This document shows positions 1-8,608 of a stretch of 64,000 nucleotides of DNA, piece after piece. Numbering within the stretch: the first letter of the stretch is position 1; every line of letters begins with the position of its first letter. A model generated the notes under the pieces. That model saw nothing but the letters and a program-made list of their open reading frames with translations, made no database searches and was not told the DNA's origin. Made by a program: the position numbers and the translations under genes. The DNA lies in contig CALXUY010000065.1 of NCBI GenBank assembly GCA_944391805.1, positions 3,437 to 67,436 of the forward strand. Direction: 5' to 3'. Source of the DNA: an uncultured Clostridia bacterium. Its GTDB lineage: Bacteria > Bacillota > Clostridia > Oscillospirales > CAG-272.

Positions 1-1578
1 CTGGATGGGATCGTTGTATCCATCATCGGGTTCTCCATCAACTTTGCCGTCTATGTCTCCGAAATGATCCGCACCGGAATCAACGCCGTGGATCCCGGAC
101 AGTGGGAGGCCGCATCCGCCATGGGCTTCGGCCGGTGCAAAACCTTTACGAAAATTATCGCGCCCCAGGCTGCGCGCCATGTTTTGCCGGTGTACAAGGG
201 CGAGTTCATCTCGATGGTCAAAATGACGTCGGTGGTGGGCTACATCGCGGTGCAGGACCTGACCAAGGTCACCGATCTGATCCGCAGCCGTACCTTTGAG
301 GCATTTTTCCCGCTGATATTGACTGCGGTTCTCTATTTCCTGCTGGCCTGGTGCCTGACGCTTCTGCTGGGACTGGTGGAGAGGAGAATCGACCCTCAGC
401 GGCGGCGCCGGGAGCTCAAGGGAATCAATCGGGAGCTTGCACCGCAGGCTCCTGCGGATGAAGGGCCGAAGACCGTGCAGGATGGGGATCCCGTCATTAC
501 CATCTCTCATTTGAAAAAGGTGTTCCCCAACATTACCCCCCTGAAGGACGTCAACGCCGTGATACAGAAGGGCGAAGTCATCTCCATCATCGGTCCCTCC
601 GGAACCGGTAAAAGCACCCTGCTGCGCTGCATCAACCGCCTCGAAACGCCGACGGAGGGACAGATTGAGGTGTTCGGGCAGCCGGTGACCGGCGTGAAGC
701 CGGCGAAGCTGAGCGCCGTGCGCCGCAGGATGGGGATGGTCTTCCAGAGCTTCAACCTGTTCGCCCATCTGACGGTCATTGAAAACATCATGCTGGGGCC
801 GGTAGAGCTGCTGGGCTGCACCCGGCAGCAGGCATACGAACGGGGCATGCGCTTGCTGGCCAGCGTGGGGTTGGCGGAAAAGGCGCTGAATTATCCGGAT
901 GAGCTCTCCGGCGGGCAAAAGCAGCGCGTCGCCATTGCCCGCACCCTGGGGATGCAGCCCGAAATCGTGCTCTTTGACGAGCCCACCAGCGCGCTGGATC
1001 CTACCATGGTGGGAGAAGTGCTGGCGGTCATCCGCAGCCTGGCCGGGCAGGGGCTGACCATGCTCATTGTCACCCACGAGATGAAATTCGCCCGGGATGT
1101 ATCCACGCGGGTGTTCTACATGGACGAGGGCATTATTTATGAAGAAGGCGCTCCGGAGCAGGTGTTTGAGCACCCGAAGACCGACCGGTGCCGGGCGTTT
1201 GTCCAGCGGCTGAAGACCTTCCATCTCGATATTTCCTCCAAGGCGTTTGACTTTATCGGCGCGGCGGCCGATATCGACCGCTTTGCCCGCAGGCAACTGC
1301 TCGGGGCGCAGCAGTCGCTCAAGTATCAGCAGATTTTTGAGGAGCTGTGCGTGACGAGCATTCTGCCCGTACTGCCGGATGATGCGTGCAGCCTGAGCTT
1401 TGACGCTCTTTGCAGTGAGGACGGGAGCGTTTGCGAGGCAATTATCCGCTGGCAGGGAGAAGCCTTCGACCCATTGTCCCAGGGAGATGCGCTGAGCGTG
1501 ACTCTGGCGGTCAGCCGGACCAGGAGCAGCGTACATGCTTATGCCGACGGGGTCAACACGGTGACCGTTGTATTTTAA
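1..1578 (+). CDS. Polar amino-acid ABC transporter permease + ATP-binding fusion with C-terminal degenerate HATPase/RsbW-like domain (5' partial)
   Basis: Frame open from base 1. Permease EAA loop ([23 protein letters not shown]), Walker [31 protein letters not shown]. The last ~120 aa contain EELCVT...GEAFDPL...YADGVNTV. Confidence 0.9.
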   Translation: MDGIVVSIIGFSINFAVYVSEMIRTGINAVDPGQWEAASAMGFGRCKTFTKIIAPQAARHVLPVYKGEFISMVKMTSVVGYIAVQDLTKVTDLIRSRTFEAFFPLILTAVLYFLLAWCLTLLLGLVERRIDPQRRRRELKGINRELAPQAPADEGPKTVQDGDPVITISHLKKVFPNITPLKDVNAVIQKGEVISIIGPSGTGKSTLLRCINRLETPTEGQIEVFGQPVTGVKPAKLSAVRRRMGMVFQSFNLFAHLTVIENIMLGPVELLGCTRQQAYERGMRLLASVGLAEKALNYPDELSGGQKQRVAIARTLGMQPEIVLFDEPTSALDPTMVGEVLAVIRSLAGQGLTMLIVTHEMKFARDVSTRVFYMDEGIIYEEGAPEQVFEHPKTDRCRAFVQRLKTFHLDISSKAFDFIGAAADIDRFARRQLLGAQQSLKYQQIFEELCVTSILPVLPDDACSLSFDALCSEDGSVCEAIIRWQGEAFDPLSQGDALSVTLAVSRTRSSVHAYADGVNTVTVVF

Positions 1579-1770
1579 GGCAGCACCGCGCAATTCACGG
1601 TTCGCACCTTGACTGCACAACTTTTTGCATCTTTTTCGCCAAACTGCACAAATCTCCTTGTCAATAGATCTACTATTGCCTGCTGTCAAAAAATTCTTTC
1701 AGAATTGGTTTGTTTGACGATAAATCTGACGGCAGATTTGCGCAGTCAGAATTGTGCGGTGTTGCCTTAA
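1575..1770. mobile_element. MITE copy 1 (TTAA-flanked, ~22-bp TIRs)
   Basis: Ends TTAAGGCAGCACCGCGCAATTC ... GAATTGTGCGGTGTTGCCTTAA. Internal sequence is shared, inverted, with 16647-16878 and 52407-52644. Confidence 0.85.
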
Positions 1771-1796
1771 GCGAACAGATACAGGAGGAGATGCCC

Positions 1797-2840
1797 GTGA
1801 TACAAGATGTAAAGGAGATTATTCCCCGCATCCTGCGGGATATGAACGACGGTGTTCTGGTTCTTGACCGGCAGGGGCAGATCCTGTTCCTCAATGAGCA
1901 GGGACGGAAGATGCTGGGAGAAAGCCAGGACATGACCGGCCAGAACTATGCGGCCGCTTTTCTGGAGCAGGATATGGAGGGGGCAAACGACGCCTTCCAT
2001 CAGTTTGTGCTGGACGCCGTGTATGATAAGGATCACGCCCACAGCGGGGAGGCGGATTACAGAGCTCACAACCGGGAAACACGCCGGTTCAGCCTGACAT
2101 CTTCCTTCCTGCGCAGTGAGGACGGTGTGACTCCCATCGGCATTGTGGTGCTGTTTTCGGATGTCACGGAGATTGCACGGCTCAATCGCCAGCGACGGGA
2201 GTCCTCCACGATTTTCGCGGTGCTGATGATCTGTGTGTGCCTGTATCTCTTCCTGTGGAGCTTGCTGCGCTATTTGGACGCCGAGCCTCCGGGATGGGTA
2301 ATGAACCTGATGATCGAGGCGATTTCCGTTGTCATGTTCGTCATCATCCTGAAAACCACCAGCTTTTCCATCCGGGATATCGGGCTCCGAGTCACCAATG
2401 CCAGGGCCACCTTTTTGCCAGATATTCTCATTACTATTGTTGGAACCGTTGTGCTGATCCTCGGAAAGGTTGTTCTTTTGCGCGTGGCGCCCAACTTTTT
2501 TCCGGAGGGAGCGCCTTTCTGGGACTGGAGCGTTGGAACTCCTGCCGATATCATTTATCCGTTGACGGTCATCCTGCAGGAATTCCTGGCAAGAGGCGTT
2601 ATGCAGGAGAATCTGAAGCGTATTTTCACAGGGAAATACGCCGGCGCGATGTCCATCGTTGTTTCCGCCCTGGTATTCGGTGTACTCCACATCGCCTACG
2701 GCCTTCCCTATATGTTGGGGGCTACGCTGCTGCTGGGTGTCCTGGGTGTCTTTTATCATAAGCAGGGCAACATCTGGGGCCTGTGCATCATTCACTACGT
2801 ACTGGGGGAGGTGGCAACATTTCTGCGCTATCTGATTTGA
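1797..2840 (+). CDS. PAS domain + CPBP (CAAX/Abi-family) intramembrane protease fusion
   Basis: PAS (ILRDMNDGVLVLDRQGQILFLN...VVLFSDVTE) followed by multiple TM helices with QEFLARG, FGVLH, IIHY. Start taken as GTG 1797 (alternative ATG 1791) after AGGAGG; the ORF-finder start at 1710 lies inside the MITE. Confidence 0.8.
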   Translation: MIQDVKEIIPRILRDMNDGVLVLDRQGQILFLNEQGRKMLGESQDMTGQNYAAAFLEQDMEGANDAFHQFVLDAVYDKDHAHSGEADYRAHNRETRRFSLTSSFLRSEDGVTPIGIVVLFSDVTEIARLNRQRRESSTIFAVLMICVCLYLFLWSLLRYLDAEPPGWVMNLMIEAISVVMFVIILKTTSFSIRDIGLRVTNARATFLPDILITIVGTVVLILGKVVLLRVAPNFFPEGAPFWDWSVGTPADIIYPLTVILQEFLARGVMQENLKRIFTGKYAGAMSIVVSALVFGVLHIAYGLPYMLGATLLLGVLGVFYHKQGNIWGLCIIHYVLGEVATFLRYLI

Positions 2841-3658
2841 CCATTTCGGTGTTCAACGGGACGTGGTGGGTCGTCATGGCGGTGATAACAGCGCTGGCCG
2901 TAGGCATATGGTACGCCCGCGGCAGGCCGCTTCCCGCCTCGGAGGCGGTAGAGCCTCCGGCAAAGGATAACCGGAAATTCCTGGCGGCGCTGGCGGCGTT
3001 CACCGTCGTCTATCTGGTGGCGTATAAAACCCTGCTGGCCTTCAGCCCGGATTTTGCGTTTGCATTTTGGAATGAACTGCCCCTACAGCCGTGCAACGTG
3101 GTGGCAGTGCTGGCAATACCCGCCTCCCTGCTCCGGGGGCGGATCGGCCGCCTGCTCAAAGGGTTCTGCTTTTACGGCGGTATTGTATTCGCCCCGGTGG
3201 CGCTGGTCATGCCGGTGGACGGGTTTTCAGGCGTGCCGCTGCTTTCGGTGAACGCCATAGGCTTCTACGGTTTCCACGGCCTTGTGCTGGCGCTGTCGGT
3301 AAGCTTCGGGACGCTGAAGGTTTACCGCCCAGGGTGGCGCGATATTCCGGGGGTGCTGCTGGTACTGGTTCTCCTCGCCTTACCGGTCCACGGCGTCAAT
3401 ATGCTACTGCGGGCTACCGTGTATCCGGAGGCAAATTATTTTTATACCTACGGCCTGGAGGGAAATCCGGTGCTGGAGGGACTGAAGGGCTGGATACCGA
3501 TACCGCTGGTTTATGAACTGCCGCTTCTGCCAGTTATGGGGATTCTTTGCGCTGTTATCAACTTGCTGTTTCAGGCGGGATGGAAAATTGCCGCTGTATG
3601 GAGAAAAGAGAAAGCTCCTTATCAAACAGGAGACGAAAGAAAGGAAGAACGGTTATGA
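2837..3658 (+). CDS. YwaF/TIGR02206-like integral membrane protein
   Basis: NELPLQPC motif, FYGFHG, ANYFYT and multiple TM helices. TTG start overlaps the upstream TGA (start uncertain). Confidence 0.65.
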   Translation: MTISVFNGTWWVVMAVITALAVGIWYARGRPLPASEAVEPPAKDNRKFLAALAAFTVVYLVAYKTLLAFSPDFAFAFWNELPLQPCNVVAVLAIPASLLRGRIGRLLKGFCFYGGIVFAPVALVMPVDGFSGVPLLSVNAIGFYGFHGLVLALSVSFGTLKVYRPGWRDIPGVLLVLVLLALPVHGVNMLLRATVYPEANYFYTYGLEGNPVLEGLKGWIPIPLVYELPLLPVMGILCAVINLLFQAGWKIAAVWRKEKAPYQTGDERKEERL

Positions 3659-4077
3659 AAATGAGAAAAATGAGCGTCTGGATGATGCTGGCAGCACTGT
3701 CGGTTGCGCTGCTCCTGTCCGGCTGCGGGCAGCAGGACGGACAGACAACCGAGATGGTTTACCACGTATACTTCGGGTTGAACGATGCGGACACCGGCGA
3801 GCAGGAGGTCACGCTGGACGACGCTTCCGCGTACATCCGGGGCGTGATTGAAAGCTATGGATATGGGTATACCGAATACCGCACCTATGGCGCCTATACG
3901 GAAAACGGGGAAAGCAAGGGCAACGACACGTTGGTGTATATGATGGCCTTTGTGGAGGAAGAAAATGTAGAAAAGATTGCAAACGAGGTCATCGAACATC
4001 TGAATCTGGCGTCGGTCCTCTGCCAAAAAGAGGAGATGCCCTATACCTTTTATGTCGGCGAAGAAAAACAGTCGTAA
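3655..4077 (+). CDS. Small lipoprotein, DUF3574-like
   Basis: Lipobox LLSGC; YFGLNDADT...GYTEYRTYGAY pattern; ATG overlaps the upstream stop (ATGA). Confidence 0.6.
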   Translation: MKMRKMSVWMMLAALSVALLLSGCGQQDGQTTEMVYHVYFGLNDADTGEQEVTLDDASAYIRGVIESYGYGYTEYRTYGAYTENGESKGNDTLVYMMAFVEEENVEKIANEVIEHLNLASVLCQKEEMPYTFYVGEEKQS

Positions 4078-4122
4078 ACCCGGCTGTCAATTCTACCATA
4101 ACAAGAAACTGGAGGTAATCAC

Positions 4123-4419
4123 ATGAACATCATCAAAACAAAAGAGGGAAGCACGCTGAATCTCGCCCTGGAAGGGCGGCTGGATACCACCACGGCTCCG
4201 CAGCTTGAGGCAGCGCTCCATGGCGCTATGGAGGGCGTTACCGAGCTGAATATGGATTTTGAAAAGCTGGAATATCTGTCCTCCGCCGGCCTGCGGGTCA
4301 TCCTTGCCGCGCAGAAGACGATGAACAAGCAGGGGAAAATGGTGATCCGGCACGTCAACGAAACCATACGGGAAGTGTTTGAAGTGACAGGATTTATCGA
4401 CATTCTCACGATTGAATAA
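4123..4419 (+). CDS. STAS-domain anti-sigma factor antagonist (RsbV/SpoIIAA-like)
   Basis: LEGRLDTTTAP, phospho-acceptor motif YLSSAGLR, VFEVTGF; RBS GGAGG. Confidence 0.93.
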   Translation: MNIIKTKEGSTLNLALEGRLDTTTAPQLEAALHGAMEGVTELNMDFEKLEYLSSAGLRVILAAQKTMNKQGKMVIRHVNETIREVFEVTGFIDILTIE

Positions 4420-4431
4420 GAGGCGCGCGGG

Positions 4432-5406
4432 ATGAAGGTTGCGGTAATAGGAAACGGAAACGTGGGGATGGCCGCCTTTGGAGAGCTGCTGCGGATGCCG
4501 GAAATCCGGGAACTGGCGCTGGTTGGCAGAAACGTGGAGCGCGTCCGTGCCGAGGTGGACGACTATGCGGACGCGCAGGTTCTCCATTTCGTCCCCGGCG
4601 TCAGGCTCTCCGGCGGCGGTTATGAAAAAACAGCGGGAGCGGATATCCTCCTCTATGCCGCCGGCGCGGCGCAGAAGCCGGGACAGTCGCGGCTGGAGCT
4701 GGCCGCGGAAAACGTGCGCATCACACGGCAGATTTTCAGCGAGGTCAATCGCTATAACCGGGACGGCATTGTCATCTGCCTGAGCAATCCGGTGGATCTG
4801 ATCACCGCCGCGGTATGCGAGTGCACGGGTCGGCCGCCTGAAAAGGTCATTGGCACGGGTACGCTGCTGGATACCGCCCGGCTCAAAAAGTATCTGTCAA
4901 ATCTCCTGGATGTGTCGCCTGCTTCGGTGACCGCGTATGTGCTGGGGGAACACGGAGACAGCTCCTGTGTCATCTGGAGCGCAACGCGGATCTCCGGCCA
5001 GCCCGTTGACAGCTTTCTTTCTTCCGCCCTGGAGGACGAGGCCCATATCCGCCGGCAGGCAATGGCAGGCATGGTGCGCGGCAATGCCGGCAAAATCATC
5101 CGCGCCAAGGGGTCCACGGCTTACGGCGTAGCCGCTGCGGCCGGCCGGCTGGTGCAGGCCATCATTCATGACACGAGGGAGATCCTGACCGTGTCGGTGC
5201 GGCTGGAAGGCGCATACGGGAAAAACGGGTTTGCCATATCGGTTCCCTGCGTTGTGGACGGCCGGGGCGCCCGTGTGGCGGCGGAGCTGCCGATGTCGGA
5301 GGAAGAGAAACAGGCGTTTGATGCTTCCGCGGATGTGGTCGCTGCCGTGACAAAAGAATTTGTAGGAAACGGAGCCGAACGGAATGATGAAAATGAAATC
5401 GAATGA
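4432..5406 (+). CDS. L-lactate/malate dehydrogenase family protein
   Basis: GNGNVG Rossmann motif, QKPGQSR loop (Gln, LDH-type), SNPVD, LDTARL, GEHGDS. Confidence 0.9.
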   Translation: MKVAVIGNGNVGMAAFGELLRMPEIRELALVGRNVERVRAEVDDYADAQVLHFVPGVRLSGGGYEKTAGADILLYAAGAAQKPGQSRLELAAENVRITRQIFSEVNRYNRDGIVICLSNPVDLITAAVCECTGRPPEKVIGTGTLLDTARLKKYLSNLLDVSPASVTAYVLGEHGDSSCVIWSATRISGQPVDSFLSSALEDEAHIRRQAMAGMVRGNAGKIIRAKGSTAYGVAAAAGRLVQAIIHDTREILTVSVRLEGAYGKNGFAISVPCVVDGRGARVAAELPMSEEEKQAFDASADVVAAVTKEFVGNGAERNDENEIE

Positions 5407-6586
5407 AGTTGCGTTATCCAACAGCTTGGCCTGCGCTGTGAATGCGCTGCAGGAGGTGGAGCAGGCGTCCGGGCAGGCGGGGCTGAACCGGGAACAGGCC
5501 AACATCATGCGGCTGTTGACCGAGGAAATGATCGCTATGACCACCGATATCCTCCAGGACTGCAAGGGTTCCTTGTGGATGAAATGGCAGGGAACAGACT
5601 GTGAGCTGCATCTGACCGCAGTGGCGCCGATCGAAGAAGAGGCAAAGGCGGCTTTCATCGAAGCCTCCAAGGCCAAAGCGAACGCGCCTGTCAAAGGGCT
5701 GAAGAACAAAATCAGCGCACTGCTGGCGGGAATGCTCAGCAGCGGGAACTATCCTGAATTATATGCCTCGATGGGCGCCGGCTTTATCGGCGGTATGCCG
5801 CCCATCGGCATGCCTTTCATGCGCATGGCGCCGACCTGGTCGCTGGCGGCTTATACGGAAAGCCGGAAGAAGGAACAAAAGGATGCGAAGCTGGAAGGGG
5901 TGGAAAAATCCATTCTGACCGGCCTGGCAGACGATGTAGTGGTATCCGTGAAAAGCCACTGGGTGGAGCTGGTGGTCAAAAAAACGTTTGACGCGCCCGT
6001 GCAGGCCGCTATGCCAAAGTTTACAGGCCTTTCTCATGTCTGTATTTTTGTGGACGATATGATGGAGGCGGTTGCCTATTACCGGAATCTGCTGGGAGTG
6101 ATACCGGATCATTACCTGTCCCATTGGAAAAACGAGGGCTTTTTCAAAGCCGGCGGCTTTATCAAAGAAGCGGCGGAGGGGGACGTTTCCATCGCCTTTG
6201 TCAATGTTCCCGGCACCAAGCTGACGCTGGAGCTCATGCAGTACCACTATCCGGAGGGGCGCAAGGAGCCGGTGGATTTCGCCGCCAACGATGTCAGCGG
6301 CGCCCGCCATGTGGCGCTGAAAATCACGAACATCGACGAGGCGTTTCTGCATATCCGTTCTATGCCGGATACACGGCTCATCAATGAAACCGGAGATTAT
6401 CGGGTCTTTCAGATCAGTGAAACCAAGCCGGACGAAGTTCGCTTTTTTGACCAGGATGTGCAGGAAATCGATGAGAGGAACGTACAGACCGCCAAAATTC
6501 TCAGCGGGGTAAGATATTTCTATTTTATCGATAAATATGGTCTTCAGTGGGAATTTGAGCAGGGACACTCCGATATTGGAGATTAA
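5384..6586 (+). CDS. N-terminal degenerate HATPase/RsbW-like domain fused to VOC (glyoxalase/epimerase-like) domain
   Basis: The C-terminal half has the VOC metal-ligand pattern SHVCI / LELMQY / RHVAL / WEFEQ. The N-terminal half has RLLTEEM...DDVVVSV (RsbW-like assignment is inference). Three candidate ATGs at 5384-5393. Confidence 0.7.
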   Translation: MMKMKSNEVALSNSLACAVNALQEVEQASGQAGLNREQANIMRLLTEEMIAMTTDILQDCKGSLWMKWQGTDCELHLTAVAPIEEEAKAAFIEASKAKANAPVKGLKNKISALLAGMLSSGNYPELYASMGAGFIGGMPPIGMPFMRMAPTWSLAAYTESRKKEQKDAKLEGVEKSILTGLADDVVVSVKSHWVELVVKKTFDAPVQAAMPKFTGLSHVCIFVDDMMEAVAYYRNLLGVIPDHYLSHWKNEGFFKAGGFIKEAAEGDVSIAFVNVPGTKLTLELMQYHYPEGRKEPVDFAANDVSGARHVALKITNIDEAFLHIRSMPDTRLINETGDYRVFQISETKPDEVRFFDQDVQEIDERNVQTAKILSGVRYFYFIDKYGLQWEFEQGHSDIGD

Positions 6587-6841
6587 AAACGGCTGTGCAG
6601 CAGAGCGTATGCCTGCGGATGACGGACAGATTGGCTGAAGCGTTCCGCCGATCTGTCCTTAGCCTGCCGAAGGTCTGTCCGGAACAGGTAAGCGCGCATA
6701 GACCGCCCTTCGGCCGAAACCGGCAGTGACCTGGCCGCAACTGCTGCCGGGCAAGGAGGCTGCTCTTTTTTGATTTGCGGCGGATTTTATGGCGAGCGTC
6801 GCATGGGCTGTCGGTCTGCAAAGGCGATGGGCGCCACGTCG

Positions 6842-6872
6842 GGCATTCCGTTACGCGTTCCCTGCATCCCCT
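6842..6872 (+). promoter_or_regulatory. Putative LytTR-family response regulator binding site upstream of cstA
   Basis: Imperfect direct repeat GGCATTCCGT / TGCATCCCCT with 21-bp period, resembling the YpdB-type GGCATTTCAT repeat. Confidence 0.45.
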
Positions 6873-6975
6873 GAGGAACCGGACGGTGAATCCAATCAAG
6901 CAGGCTGATTTTGTGACGCAGGCAATGGATCATCTGTTGCCGAATGCGGAGAACCAGAAAGGGGGCTAAAAGCCC

Positions 6976-8406
6976 GTGATTACATTTTTTTGCGCGATCA
7001 TTCTTCTCATCGTCGGTTATTTTCTGTACGGAAAGCTGGCGGAAAAGGTGTTCCGCCCCGATGACAGGCCAACGCCGGCGGTGGATCACCCGGATGGGGT
7101 GGATTATGTACCCATGAAAACCTGGCGGGTATTTCTGATCCAGTTACTGAACATTGCCGGAACGGGTCCTATTTTCGGAGCGTTGATGGGCGCGGTGTTC
7201 GGGCCGGTGGTGTTTTTATGGATTGTGTTCGGCTCCATTCTGGGCGGCGCCATACACGACTATATGAGCGGTATGATCTCTGTGCGTATGAACGGCGCCT
7301 CTGTATCTGAAATTGTGGGGAAATATCTGGGCCGGGCCGCCAAGCAGGTGATGCGGGTATTTTCGGTGGTGCTGCTGGTGCTGGTGGGTGCCGTGTTCAC
7401 CACCAGCCCGGCGGCGCTGATTGCCCGGCTCACCCCGGAATGGATGAACACCACTTTTTGGGTGATCGTGATTCTGGTCTATTACCTGCTGGCCACCCTG
7501 CTGCCCATCGATAAGGTGATCGGCAAGCTGTATCCCGTATTCGGCGGAGTGCTGGTGCTGATGGCGGTGGGGATCATCGGCGGACTGATTGCCGGAGGGT
7601 ATCGTCTGCCGGAAATCTCCTTTGTGAATTAGCATCCGGAGGGCCAGCCGGTCTGGCCGTTTATGTTCGTCACGGTGGCCTGCGGAGCGGTATCCGGATT
7701 CCATGCCACCCAGTCGCCCATGATGGCCCGGTGCCTCAAGCGGGAAAAGGACGGGCGCAAGGTGTTTTACGGCGCCATGATTGCGGAGAGCGTCATCGCC
7801 CTGATCTGGGCGGCGGCCGGAGTGGCGTTTTACGGCGCTACCGGCGGCCTGCAGCAGGCGCTGGCCGAATTGGGCCAGTCGGGGGTTGTGTACGATATTT
7901 CGGTGTCCCTGCTGGGGGTATTCGGTGGTGCTTTGGCGATTATAGGCGTGGTGGTCTGCCCGGTTTCCTCCGGCGATACGGCCTTCCGCAGCGCCCGGCT
8001 GACCATAGCCGACTGGTTCCATATCGATCAGACCAATTTGCTCAAGCGTTTGGCGATCACCCTGCCCCTGCTGGGGGTGGGTGCGCTGCTGACCCAGCTG
8101 GACTTTGATATCGTATGGCGGTATTTCTCCTGGAGTAACCAGACGCTTGCCATGATCACCCTATGGGCGGCTGCCATGTACCTGGCCAGGCACGCGGAAA
8201 AATGGTGGTATTCGGCGCTGTGCGCGGTGCCGGCCGCCTTTATGTCCGGGGTGTCCTGCACCTATATCCTCATGGCGGAGGAGGGCTTCCGGCTCTCCAT
8301 GAATGTCGCATATCCCATCGGCGCGTTGTTTGCACTGGCCTGCACGGTGCTCTATGTGTTCAGTGCGGGAGGAAAGAAGAACCGGCAGCTGCGGGCCGGG
8401 CAATGA
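6976..8406 (+). pseudogene. cstA: Carbon starvation protein A (peptide/pyruvate transporter), interrupted by in-frame TAG at 7630-7632
   Basis: DGVDYVP, QLLNIAGTGPIFG, VACGAVSGFHATQSP, WRYFSWSNQ. The two ORFs share a frame and read FVN*HPEGQPVWPFMF across the stop. Confidence 0.85.
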
Positions 8407-8608
8407 GAACGGTGTTGGGGGGATGCTTTTGAGAACCGTGTCCGCTCAGGAGATGCTTTTGTAAACTCTATTTCAATTTGGCATTACCGCGCGAATTGCC
8501 CAAAGGGATAGAGGTTGCGGCTGAAATGTGGAATTGTCAAGAAATGCGGAGTCGAAAAATCTCCTAAATATGCAAAGCTGTTTCAATCCACTGTTATAAA
8601 CAGTTGAC

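Noticed and set aside
1710-1790. ORF-track N-terminal extensions and small ORFs overlapping MITEs (1710 start, 1673-1933, 52309-52590, 52432-52644)
   Set aside because: They translate MITE sequence; the same peptide (QSELCGVAL) recurs at different copies.
7630-7632. Genome-wide stop codon reassignment (TAG or TGA)
   Set aside because: Both TAG and TGA end multiple conserved genes at expected positions, and the TGA in the GNAT gene accompanies other lesions.
8404-8461. Short imperfect tandem duplication (GAGAACxGTGT...GATGCTTTTG) after cstA
   Set aside because: Two degenerate copies only, with no matching partner found at the other end of the accessory block.
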